64,000 bases of DNA from the human T2T-CHM13v2.0 reference genome, Homo sapiens, in assembly GCF_009914755.1 (NCBI RefSeq), contig NC_060935.1; one strand, written 5' to 3'. The position numbers were made by a program, and so were the translations under genes. Below the pieces are notes generated by a model, which was not told the DNA's origin, searched no databases, and saw only the letters and a program-made list of their open reading frames with translations. This document shows positions 1-17,851 of the stretch, piece by piece (the first letter of the stretch is position 1; each line of letters opens with the position of its first letter).

Positions 1-85
1 GATCTGTTGGATTACTACACAGGGAGATGGAGGAATGTCTTGCTAGAATTATAAGCGACTTTTAAATTAAAAGATCATCACCAAC

Positions 86-196
86 CTATCAACTGTATGA
101 CCGGCACTCTGCCCTGTTTTTTCAGGACAATGTTGATCTGCCGATCCTTATGACAGCTGGCAATTTGATGGCTGGAGGCTGGTGTGAGGATGTTTT
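86..196 (-). other. Candidate internal exon (111 nt), gene unknown, coding or lncRNA
   Basis: Minus strand: long poly-T tract then CCACTACCACAG| acceptor (AG at 198-197) and donor ATAG|GTTGGT (GT at 85-84). Length is a multiple of 3 and one frame is open (NILTPASSHQIASCHKDRQINIVLKKQGRVPVIQLI). No recognised homology. Confidence 0.35.
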
Positions 197-559
197 CTGT
201 GGTAGTGGAAAAAAAAAAAACACAACTAACTGGCCCACAAAGAGAGAAAATCCTAAAGTGTGATTTCACAATTTAAAAACTAACTGAATTACGCAGACAT
301 TCTGGAATGCATGCCTCATTTCTATGGGACGTGCAAGGATCTCGCTTGCTCTGAATGTCTAATTTTGTAACTACATTAGTAGAATATATATTGCAATGAT
401 TTTTTTTATAGTGAAGGAAAACAAACATGGTTATCTACAAGCAAACACAGAACTCTGTCTCTGTAAAACCTGAATCTATCATCTTGAAATCTGTCACTCC
501 TTAATCTTCATTTGATGTGAGCTACATGTAGATTGTTTAGCATCGTCGTTACTTGCACC

Positions 560-775
560 TGGTTTGTAATCAGACATCCTGACTCTTCCATTTTCTCACC
601 TTGGGATCTTAGGACTGTGAAATCACTCCCTATGTATACCAGTTTCTTCCTCCATATAATGTGTGCAATTATTCCTGCCTCATTGTGCTCTTGTGAGGAT
701 TAGATGAAATAATATATCTTAAGCACTTAGAACAGTGTTTAGCACATCCTAGGCACGCATTGAACTGAAGCTTTT
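560..775 (+). mobile_element. MIR SINE fragment
   Basis: MIR core-like GTGAGGATTAGATGAAATAAT...AAGCACTTAGAACAGTG. Confidence 0.7.
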
Positions 776-1154
776 ATTATTATTCATATTGTGTTCACTT
801 ATGGAGACATACAGGAGTCAATCAATTCATTTTCATTTTCCAGCACTAACATTTCTTCTGCTTTTCTGGCAACACTGCCATCACAGATGTGCTCCTTATA
901 TACTAAATTGTGGGGGGGTGGCGGGGGCAGATTCCATGTGATCCAAATTATTTTGTGCCATTAAAGCACTTATGCTCTAAATGATGGGCAATCAAATCTC
1001 ATGCTTCAGAGACTAGGTTGATCATTAAAGAGTCTCCATTCTTTCTAAATGTGGGTGCTTCACAGCAGATGGTGCTGTCAGTGATATAGTGTCCTTCCTA
1101 CAATGAGTGAGGATGGCTTAATAGTGCCTTACCTTTGCAAAGCAATTTCCATGT

Positions 1155-1350
1155 CAGTAAAGAATGTGTGCTCTGAAGTCAAATTGCGTAGGTTAGAATT
1201 CCAGCTCCTTCATTTACTTGTTGTGTAACCTTGAGTAAGTTATTAAATCTCTATTCTCAGCTTCCCAGTAGTGAAATGGAAATAGTAACAGTTCTTACCC
1301 TAACATACTGTTGTGAGTTTTCAATGAGATAATGAGATGATGCCTATCAA
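1155..1350 (+). mobile_element. MIR SINE
   Basis: GCTCTGAAGTCAAA...GAATTCCAGCTC...TGTGTAACCTTGAGTAAGTTATTAAATCTCT...AAATGGAAATAGTAACAGT, typical MIR layout. Confidence 0.75.
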
Positions 1351-1414
1351 GCTTTCAGCCTTGGCTGGTATTATAGCTTTACTACTAATTTTATTGTCAG
1401 TTATAATACTATTT

Positions 1415-1626
1415 ATACATGTGTATATATATATGTGTGTGTATATATATGTATATATATAGTGTATATATATGTATATATAGTGTATATATATGTATAT
1501 ATATAGTGTATATATATGTATATATATAGTGTATATATGTATATATATGTGTATATATGTATATGTGTATATATATGTATATATGTGTGTATATATATAT
1601 GTGTATATATATGTGTATATATATAT
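1415..1626. repeat. (TA)n/(TG)n compound microsatellite
   Basis: About 210 bp of alternating purine-pyrimidine TATATG/TGTG units. Confidence 0.95.
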
Positions 1627-1859
1627 TTGCCCTATTCATGGCATAAAAGACTACTGGAGTCTGATATTTTACATCAAAAGAGGATAATAACCCCATTGTC
1701 ATTTCTAAGCAAACTTTAGCACGATCCCCACTTTAATCTTAAACTATCACAAAATTTGAAGAAAACAGTGAAGCTCTGTGATACCAGCAGAGCTCCATTC
1801 CATAACATGATGAAGCTTTCATGTGTTTATTAAGTGATAAGTCATAGCTACAGGCTATG

Positions 1860-7750
<5,891 letters not shown>

Positions 7751-8209
7751 CCTGCTGAGAGAGAGCCTGTATATGGCATTCACTGCAGGATTCAGCTTTT
7801 TAGGAACCTACACAAAGAAAGATGGTCTCGTGGTCAAAGTATATGAATTAGAAGCAACTTAACTGAACAAACCACTTGGTCCTGAAAATTTAAATCTTTG
7901 CTTTCTTTTCTCAATATCAAGCTATAGGAAGAAGCGGATTTAACTCTGATACTTTCACTTATATCCTCACTCCTAGGACCTTATAAAAGCTTATTCTGAT
8001 AATGAGTGAAGAAAGGAGGATACAGAGATATACAAAGGCAGAATTATTTAAAAGTGTCCCTGGCAAAGAAAAATAGAAAGATAATTCACTGAAAGTTTGT
8101 AACTTTCTTTACAAAGGATGTCCCCAATTAATACCAATAATATAGCAGAAGGTATCAGGAGTTCATGACACATTGTATTAGAAATAAACAGTAAACTAGG
8201 AATCAGGCC

Positions 8210-8440
8210 CCTTCATTCATATGTTCATTCACTCAATAAATATTTACCCAGTGCTTTCTATCTGTCAGGCATTGTGCGAGGTGGTACTACTAACACATCC
8301 TGTGACATTGTGCCAATCATTTTATCTTCCTGACTTTCAGTTTTTATAAAAGCAAAACCAAGAGAATTATATCTGCCCACAGTGCTTATTGTGAAGTTCA
8401 AATGAGACAGTAACTGTGGATATACTTTGAAAAGTGCATA
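8210..8440. mobile_element. L2 3' end (minus) adjoining a MIR fragment (plus)
   Basis: CATTCACTCAATAAATATTTACCCAGTGCTTTCTATCTGTCAGGCATTGTG is the L2 terminus. It is followed by MIR-like GTGAAGTTCAAATGAGA. Confidence 0.55.
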
Positions 8441-11400
8441 ACAACATTGAGTTTTATTTATATAATGTTTACATATATTGTATTTATAAAAAGGCTGTTT
8501 GAACTAAATTTCAGAAGCTTCACAAGGATTGTAATTTTTCATTGGTTTTACTTATTTCACTTTTTTTCATAGTACCGCCTTCCAAGTTTTTTTACATTAG
8601 CTTTATAGGAAAATGCTCAGTTTTACTGGCTCTGTTTTGAGATTCATCCTCTCAGAACTCTTGCCTTGATTTTTACAAAAGTAGATTTCTTACTAGGGAC
8701 TAACATTTTAGGAAGGCAAAATTTACTCCCAATTTGTGGTTCAAATGGAAAAGTTGAGCCCAAGAAAGTGACTGAGTCAGTCAAGGGCAGGGCTCAGAAG
8801 AAGTGACGATACACTTCACTCCCTGCAGCCACCAAAAGTCCAGACCCTTTAAGTCTACAATTAATAGCAGCAACATCAGGTCTTAGATCATACTTTTTCT
8901 ACTTACCAGAGCTATCTGTAGAGGCTACTGAGCTGTGGCCATCATCTCCTCTCATGGCATCCTTTGGTTTACTGTGAAGGCATTATGCAGAAAGGGTGAT
9001 TTATTTGTGTCTACTTTCCTCACATGGAAAAAACTCCAGCCAGAATTCCGAGCCTAATTTCCATCCATTATGCTTACTGGAGCAGTATGCTGTGCTGTTC
9101 AGAGCAGATAAAAACTGGAGACTCTGCATTTTAAACTCACCAAATGATTGAGAAATAAATTTAGTTCTAAGCACAGCCAATGAATAGCTGCAAGGTGTGT
9201 TGGTTTATCATAACAGATACGTCAACTTTATCCTCCAGAATCCCAGCATTATCACAATGAGTTTCCTCAGCAGAAGCTGAATGGAGTATTGCACAGAGAA
9301 TTTAACTTTAAGAAAAAACATTGGTCCAATGTCTAGGAGCCTATTAACATATTCTGCTGTCTTTTCATTACAGTTTCCCTTATTGCAGTAGAACCCCAGA
9401 ATAGTATGTTTCTAAATGTCATTAAAAAATTAACGAAGGGAGGCAAGATGGCTGATTGGAAGCAGCTGCAGTCCACGGCACTCACGAGGAGGAATGAAAA
9501 GGGGCAAATGATTTCAGCACTTTCAACTGAAATATCCAGATTCTTGCATTGGGACTGACTAGGCAAACAAATTGACCCACAGAGAACAAAGAAAGGCAGG
9601 GAGTGGGGGTGGGGCAACAGCCCATCCAGAAGCAATACGGAGCCAAAGGAACCTTCCCCCCACAGCCAAGGGAAGCGGTGAGTGATTGTGCGATCTCACC
9701 TGGGGAACCATGCTTCTCTCATGGATCTTTGCAACCTGCAAATCAGGAGATCTCCTTCCGAGCCCATGCCACCAGGGCTTTGGGTCCAATACACAAAGCT
9801 ATATGGAGTTTCAGCAGAGCAGCTGCTCACTAACTCCAGTCCCAGGATCTGGCAAAGTGGAAAATTCATCTGTACATATTCCTAGGAAGAGGGCTGAATC
9901 CAGGGAGCCGAACAGCACCCCTCTGCAGGCCCCACTTCCATGGCACCTCACAACTTAATACCCACTGACTTGGAACCCCAGCCAGCCAATGGCAGCAGGC
10001 TGGAGTCCACCTGAGATGGGAGTGAGTTCCTTGGGGGAGGAGTGGACCCCATCTCTATGGTTCAATAGAAGCAGCCATTCCAGCTTGCCAGCTGTGGAGA
10101 ATACAGGTGGTCTGGTTGAGGAGGGACCACAAACAATGCAGTACAGCTGCCTTGTCAGATCATAGTCAGACTGCTTCTTGAAGCAGGGCCTCAACCCATT
10201 TCTCCTCACTGGGTGGGACCTTGGTTCCACAGATAGAGCTCTGATCTCTCCTTGGGATGATGCTATTGTGGGAAGGGGTGGCTGTCATCTCTGTAGTTTT
10301 ATAGATTTAGCAATTCCAGCCTGCCAGCTGTGGAAAATACAGGTGGTCTGAATGAGGAAGGATGCCCCCCAGCACAGCATTACTGCTCTACCAAGAAGCA
10401 ACCAGACTGATTTTTTGGGCAGGTCTCTGATCTCATTCCTCCTGACTGGATGAGATCTCCCGGCAGTGGTCCCCAGCCACCTCTTACAGGTGTGCACAGG
10501 CCAGCAACACATCAGTGCCTCCCTGAGACAGAGCTTCTAGGGGAAGGAGGTGGCTGCAATATTTGCTGTTTACTGTCCTTCACTGGTGATACCTCCACGT
10601 ATGGGAGAAACCAAGGCAACTGGGGTCTGTAGTGGACCCCCAGCAAACCACAGGAATCCTACAGTTGAGTGGCCTGACTGTTAAAAGAAAAACAAACAAG
10701 CAAAACAACAACATAAAAAAAAAATCCCACAGAAGCCCCATTCAAAGGTCAGCAACCTCAAATATCAAAGGTAGATAAGCCCACAAAGATGAGAAATAAC
10801 CAATGCAAAAATGCTGAAAACTCAAAAACCAGGGTGCGTTTTCTCCTCCAAATTACCACAACACTTCTACAGCAAGTGCACAGAACTAGGCTGAGGCTGA
10901 AATGGCTAAATTGACAGAAGTAGGCTTCAGAAGGTGGGTAATAATAAATTTCACTGAGCTAAAGGAGCATGTTCTAACTCAATAAAAAATTTAAGAATCA
11001 AGGCAAAACCAAACAGGAGCTAATAACCAGAATAGCCAGTTTAGAGAGGAGCATAACTGGCCTAATAGAGTTGAAAAACACAACATGAGAACTTCACAAT
11101 TCAATCACATGTATCAATATCGGAATAGACCAACAGAGGAAAGAATCTCAGAGCTTGAAGACTATCTTTCTGGAATAAGACAGGCAGTCAAGAACAAAAA
11201 AAATAGAATGAAAAGGAATGAACAAAACTTCCAAGATATGTGATGTATAGAGACTGAACCTATGATTGATTGGGGTACCTGAAACAGATAGGAAGCATGA
11301 AACCAAGCTGGAAAACATACTTCAGGATATCATCCAGGAGAACATCTCCAACATAGCAAGACAGGCCAATATTCAAATTCAGGAACTGCAGAGAACCCCA

Positions 11401-11862
11401 GTAAGATACTCTATGAGAAGATTAACCCCAAGACATATAATCTTCAGATTCTCCAAGGTGGACATGAAAGAAAAAATGTTAAATGCAGCCAGAGAGAAAG
11501 ATAAAGTCACCTACAAAAGGAAACCCATCAGACTAACAGCGGACTTCTCAGTGGAAACACTACAAGCCAGAAGAGATTGGCACCAATATTCAACATTATT
11601 AAAGAAAAGAATTTTCAACCCAGAATTTTATACCAAACCAAACTAAACTTCATAAGTGAAGGAGAAATATAAACCTTTTCAGACAGGGAAATGCTGAGGA
11701 AATTCACCACAAGGCCTGCCTTGCAAGAGCGCCTGAAGAAAGCACTAAACATGGAAAGAAAAAAACTGTCACCAGCCTCTACAAAAACACACTGAAGTAC
11801 AGAGACCAGTAACACTATGAAGCAACCACATAAACAAGCCTGCAAAATAACCAGCTAGCATC

Positions 11863-14800
11863 ATGATGACAGGATCAAATTCACACATAACAATACTAAC
11901 TTTAAATGTAAATAAGCTAAATGCTAGAATTAAAAGACACAGAATGGCAAGCTGGATAAAGCACCAAGGCTCATTGGTCTGCTGTCTTCAAGAGACCCAT
12001 CTCACGTGCAAAGACACACATAGGCTCAAAATAAAAAGATGGAGGAAAATTTATCAAGCAAATGGAAAACAGAAAAAAAGCAGGGGTTGTGGTTCTAGTT
12101 TCTGACAAAACAGACTTTAAGCCAACAAAGATAAAAAAGGACAAAGGAGGGTATTGAACAATGGTAAAGGGTTCAATTCAGCAAGAAGAGCTAACTATCC
12201 TAAATATATATGCACCCACCACAGGAGCACTGAGATTCATAAAGCAAGTTCTTAGAGACCTATGAAGAGACTTAGTGTCCCACACAATAATAGTGGGAGA
12301 CTTTAACACCCCATGACAATATTAGACTAGATCATCAAGAAAGAAAATTAACAAATATATTCAGGACCTGAACTCAGCTCTGGATCAAGTGAACCTAACA
12401 GATATCTACAGAACTCTTCACCCCAAAACAACAGAGTATACATTCTTCTCACGACACTTATTCTAAAATTGATCACATAATCGGAAGTAAAACATTCCTC
12501 AGCAAATGCAAAAGAACTGAAATAATAACAAAAAGTTTCATAGACCACCCCACAATCAAATTAGAACTCAAGACTGAGAAATCCACTCAAAACCACACAA
12601 CTACATGTAAACTGAGCAACCTGCATGACTCCTGGGTAAATAATGAAATTAAGGCAGAAATCAAGAAGTTCTTTGAAACTAATGAGAATGAAGAAACAAC
12701 ATACCAGAATCTCTGGAATGCAGCTAAAGCAGTGTTAAGAGGGAAATTTATAGCACTAAATGCTTACACAAATAAGCCAGAAAGATGTCAAATTAACAAC
12801 CTAACAACCCAACTAAAAGAACTGGAGAACCAGGAGCTAACAAACCCAAAAGCTAGTAGAAGGCAAGAAATAACCAAGATTAGAGCAGAACTGAAGGAGA
12901 TAGAGACACGAAAAACCCTTCAAAAAATCAACAAATCTATGAGCTGGTTGTCGAAAAAAATTATAAAATAGATAGACTCATAGTTTGACTAATAAAGAAG
13001 AAAAGAGGGAAAAATCAAATAGACATAATAAAAAATGATAAAGAGGATATTACCAATGACCTCACAGAAATGCAAACAGCCATCAGAGAATATTGTAAAC
13101 ACCTCTATGCACATAAACTAGAAAATCTAGAAGAAATTGAAAAATTCCTGGATGCATACACCCTCCCAGTAAGGTGAACCAGTAAGAAATTGAATTCTTG
13201 AATAAACCAATAACAAGTTCTGAAATTGAGGCAGTAATAGATAGCCTACCAACCAAAAAGAGCCCAGAACCAGACAGATTTACAGCTGAATTCTACCAGA
13301 TGTACAAAGAACAGCTGGTTCTATTTCTACTGAAACTATTCAAAAAAAAATGAATAGAAGGGACTCTTCCCTAACTTGTTTTATGAGGCCAGCATCATCC
13401 TGATACCAAAACATGGCAGAGATACAACAAAAAAAGTAAACTTCAGGCCAATATCCCTGATGAACATCAATGCCAAAATCCTCAATAAAATACTGGCAAA
13501 CCGAATCCAGTAGCACATCAAAAAGCTTATCCATGATCAAGTTGGCCTCATCCTTGGGAGGCAAGGTTGGTTCAAGCTACAAAAATCAATAAATGTGATT
13601 CATTACATAAACAGAACTAAAGACAAAAACCACATGATTATTTTAATATACATAGAAAAGGCCTTTGATAAAATTCAACATCCCTTCATGCTAAAAACTC
13701 TCAATAAACTAGCTATTAAAGGAACATACCTCAAAATAATAAAAGCCATAAATGACAAGCCCACAGCCAATATGATGCTGAATGGGCAAAAGCTGGAAGC
13801 ATTCCCCTTGAAAACTAGCACAAGACAAGAATGCCCTTTCTCCCCACTCCTATTCAACATAGTATTGGAAGTTCTGGCCAGGGCAATCAGGTAAGAGGAA
13901 GAAATAAAGAGAATTCAAATAGGAAGACAGGAAGTCAAATTATCATTGTTTGCAGATGACATGATCCTGTATCTAGAAAACCCTATCCTCTCAGCCCAGA
14001 AACTACTTAAGCTGATAAGCAACTTCAGCAAAGTCTTAGGATATAAAATCAATGTGAAAAAAAATTTCTAGCATTCCTATACACCAACAACACACAAGCA
14101 GAGAGCCAAATCATGAATGAACTCCCATTCACAATTGCTACAAAAAGAATAAAATACCTAGGAATACAGCTAACAAGGGAAGTGAAGGACCTCTTCAAGG
14201 AGGACTACAAACCACTGCTCAAAGAAATCTGAGTGGACACAAACAAATAGAGAAACATGCCATGCTCATGGATAGGAAGAATCAATATTATTAAAATGGC
14301 CATACTGCCCAAAGTAATTTGTAGATTCAATGCTATTCCCATTAAACTACCATTGGCATTCTTCACAGAATTAGAAAAAACTGTTTTAAAATTCATATGG
14401 AACCAAAAAAGAGCCTTAATAGCTAAGTCAATCCTAAGTAAAAAGAACAAAGCTGGAGGCATCACACTACCTGACTTCAAACTATACTACAAAGTTACAG
14501 TAACAAAAACAGCATGGTACTAGTACAAGAACAGACCCATAGACCAATGGAACAGAATAGAGAACTCAGAAATAAGACCACACACCTACAACCATCTTAT
14601 CTTTGACAAACCTGACAACAACAAGCAATGAGGAAAACGCATCATTTTTTTTTTTTTTTTTTTTTTTTTTTTGAGATGGAGTCTCGCTCTATCGCCCAGG
14701 CTGGAGTGCAGTGGCGTGATCTTGGCTCACTGCAAGCTCCGCCTCCCGGGTTCATGCCATTCTCCTGGGAAAAGGCATCATTTTTAATAAATGGTGCTGG

Positions 14801-15815
14801 GAGTGCTGGCTAGCCACATGCAGAAAATTAAAAGTAAACACATTTCTTATACATATACAAAAAATAACTCAAGATAGATTAAAGACCTAAATGTAAAACC
14901 CAAAGCTGTAAAAATCCAGGAAAATAACCTAGGCAATACCATTCCAGACATAGGAAAGGGCAAAGATTTCATTAAGAAAATGACAAAAGCAACTGCAACA
15001 AAAGCAAACATTGAAAAATGGGATATAATTAAACTAAAGAGCTTCTGCACAGCAAAAGAAACTCCATCAGAGTGAACAGACAACCTACAGAATAAGAGAA
15101 ATTTTTTCCATCTGACAAAGGTCTAATATCCAGCCTATAAGAAATTTAAACAAATTCACAAGAAAAAAACAACCCCATTAAAAAGTGGGCAAAGGTTCTA
15201 AACAGACACTTCTCAAAAGATGACATACATGTGACCAGCAAACATCAAAAAAGCTCAACATCATTGATCATTAGAGAAATGCAAATAAAAACCATAATGA
15301 GATATCATCTCACACCAGTCAGAATGCCTATTAAAAAGTCAAGAAACAACAGATGCTGGTGAAGGTATGGAAAAAAAGAAATGCTTTTACACTGTTGTTG
15401 GGACTGTAAATTAGTTCAACCATTGTGGAAGACAGTGTGGCAGTTCCTCAAAGACCTAGAGGCAGAAATTTGACCATTTGACCCAGTAATCCCATTACTG
15501 TGTATCTACCCAAAGGAATATAAATCATTCTATTATAAAGATACATGCACGTATATGTTTATTGCAACACTATTTACAATAGCAAAGACATGGACTCAAC
15601 CTAAGTGCCTATCAATGATAGACAGTATACAGAAAATGTATGTGTACACATTTGAATGTACATATACACAATGGAATACTATGCAGCCATAAAAAATAAC
15701 AGGATGATGTCCTTTGTGAGGACATGGATGTAGTTGGAAGCTGTTATTCTCAACAAACTAATGCAGGAACAGAAAACAAAACAAGACATGTTCTCACTTA
15801 TAAGTAGGAGTTGAA
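11863..15815 (+). pseudogene. L1 ORF2 (endonuclease/reverse transcriptase), multiple stops and frameshifts
   Basis: Fragments [71 protein letters not shown] at ~13947-13964, [18 protein letters not shown]. Confidence 0.9.
14645..14767 (-). mobile_element. Severely 5'-truncated AluY (last ~95 nt of right arm plus pure 28-nt poly(A)) nested in L1 ORF2
   Basis: Minus strand reads CAGGAGAATGGCATGAACCCGGGAGGCGGAGCTTGCAGTG... The 18-bp TSD GGAAAA(C/G)GCATCATTTTT is at 14632-14649 and 14768-14785, with a TT/AAAA site. Confidence 0.93.
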
Positions 15816-17139
15816 TGATGAGAGCACATTGACGCATTGCAGGGAGCAACATACACTGGGGCCTGTTGGGGGGTTGAGAGAGGGAGAGCATCAGGAAGAA
15901 TAGCTAATGGATGCTGGACTTAATGCCTAGGTGATTGGATGATCTGTGCAGCAAACCACCATTGTACATGTTTACCTGCGTAACAGCCCTGCACCTCCTG
16001 CACATGTACCCCTGAACTACAAATAAAAATTGAAGAGAAAAAAGTTAACAGAACCAGAATCAGAGGACATAAAATCAGCAAACTGAAAAAAAATTACAGA
16101 GAAAATGAGAAAATGAGCTCTTCTTGACAACACAAAAAGGAATTTGCCATTTAATTTTTATCCCACAGAATAAAAATAGGAGAACTCTAAAATAAGGTCA
16201 TTGGACAAAAAATTGTATACGATGAGTTGTGTAAAATAATGAAATCTCAGGAAGAACAAAGAAAGCATAAATGACAGAGATAAATTTTATTTTTATAAAG
16301 CATGAAAGAAAGGTCAGAAATATCCTTCATCTCACTGTTATTCATCCTTCACATTATCTATTGAAGCTTATAGAAAAACAAGACTGAAGGATTCTGGTTC
16401 CAACCTTGTTTTTGCCACAGTTGGGATTGCCGACCCCTTGCTGCTGAGTTAAATCCTCTTTATACTGTAGTAGAACAAATCTTTATTTTAGGGGAAGAAC
16501 TAATGACATAGTAGATCATTGGCAAAATAAATACCAAGCCATGCGGTAATTAGTAAAATGACTATTGATAATAACAACGTGAATTAATATTTGGTGAATT
16601 TTATAAACAGAGCATTTCAAAAGAAAGAAAGTGTAGCATCCTTTGGAGACAAAATAATACCTCAAAGATTACTGTTCTAAAATAATACCCTCAGAAATGC
16701 CTGAGTCTAAACAAAATAGTACTTGGGACTATTAAAAAGGTATACAAACAACTCAAAATTCATCCATCTCAGCGGTGCTCACATCATCTCTGTGAGATCA
16801 ATAGAAATGGAGAATTTTCTCTACATTTTGGAAACAGAAAAACTGAAACCACCTAAAGAATTACGGCTGCTATGGAGATTAGAAAGAGCTAGAGTTTTTT
16901 TCTAAAATATTATTGTCCTTATTAAAAACAAATACACACACACTAGAAAGAATCTCTGTTATTTGATATGATAATTCACATTCATTTGCAGATACATAAT
17001 TGCCAGTTTGGATTGAATACATGTAAGTAAGGCAGTTAATAAGAGTAGGGGTTATACAATAAAAACAACAACAAAACTAACCATTTGGGGGTGTTCACTG
17101 GAACAAACATCTTATATGAATTATGCCAATTTTCACCAG

Positions 17140-17290
17140 GCCTTTATAAGGTAGTATCATGATTCCCTCTGTGCATCCGTACAGAGAATATTGATGCACC
17201 AAGAAGTTTAATCGCACTTCAAAGCCCTGTAAGTAATAAGTGGTTGAACTGGAATTTGTGCCCATTTAGTCATTATTCTGGAACCTGTTC
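17140..17290 (-). mobile_element. MIR fragment
   Basis: ACAGAGAATATTGATGCACCAAGAAGTTTAA...GTAAGTAATAAGTGGTTGAACTGGAATTTG, antisense MIR pattern. Confidence 0.55.
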
Positions 17291-17815
17291 CCCCAACCCC
17301 AAATTGTCCTGTCTCGGTCAGGAATGAGATACCATGCTTTGGCATTTTGAATGCTTCCAGAAATCATTTTTGCATTGAAATGAGCTTCCGGGCATGGGTT
17401 TGGTCCTCAGAAAGGGTAATATGTTTGTAGGAACAAATTCTCCTTCATTAAAGTGTGATACAAAGATTTTGAAAAGCATTTTTGCTCTGGCTGAGGTCAA
17501 TTGTTTTGTATGTTTCATTTAGAAATCAGGTATTTGCTTTTAGAAGTATTTTAACTAGACAAAGCACACAGAGCAAAAGCACACCGTTAGAGCTGAGGAT
17601 TTGATTAAGAAACTTAATTAACATTGCTGGTGTAGTCAGGAGCTGCCCAAAAGGGAGCTCACACCTCAAGCATGGGACTTGGTCTCTAGCATCAGCTGCT
17701 ACGAAAATCTTCATTCCAAAGAAAAGGCCATAGTGTGGCTCCAGCCAGATGTCAATTATTTGAATAAACTTTCCTTGAAGCAAGTAACACCAATGTAATT
17801 TAAGAAACAGTAATG

Positions 17816-17851
17816 TGAGAGAAAGAGAGAGAGAGAAGAGAGAGAGAGAGA
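17816..17851. repeat. (GA)n microsatellite, interrupted
   Basis: GAGAGAAAGAGAGAGAGAGAAGAGAGAGAGAGAGA. Confidence 0.85.

Larger units (their letters stand above)
9438..16038 (+). mobile_element. Full-length LINE-1, L1PA12-like, inactive (ORF1 and ORF2 disrupted)
   Basis: 5' end GGGAGGCAAGATGGCTGATTGGAAGCAGCTG. ORF1 remnant 11266-11646. ORF2 start MTGSNSHITILTLNVN at ~11866, RT remnants 13595-13894 and 14257-14523. 3' UTR GAGAGCATCAGGAAGAATAGCTAATGGATGCTGG resembles L1PA12. Degenerate TSD AAAAAATTAAC-GAA (9424-9437, preceded by TT) / AAAAAGTTAACAGAA (16039-16053). Confidence 0.92.

Noticed and set aside
889-910. GTGCTC...ATATACTAAATTG resembling the U6 snRNA 5' end
   Set aside because: The match is short and gapped, and the rest of U6 is absent.
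1409-1719. ORFs of 64-97 aa rich in Y/I/H/C/V
   Set aside because: Translations of the TA/TG microsatellite.
11266-14523. L1 ORF1/ORF2 fragments as functional genes
   Set aside because: Multiple stops, frameshifts and an Alu insertion; the element is not retrotransposition-competent.
17523-17529. 7-nt micro-exon AAATCAG between TTTCATTTAG and GTATTT
   Set aside because: Not frame-preserving, no host gene, and expected by chance in AT-rich DNA.
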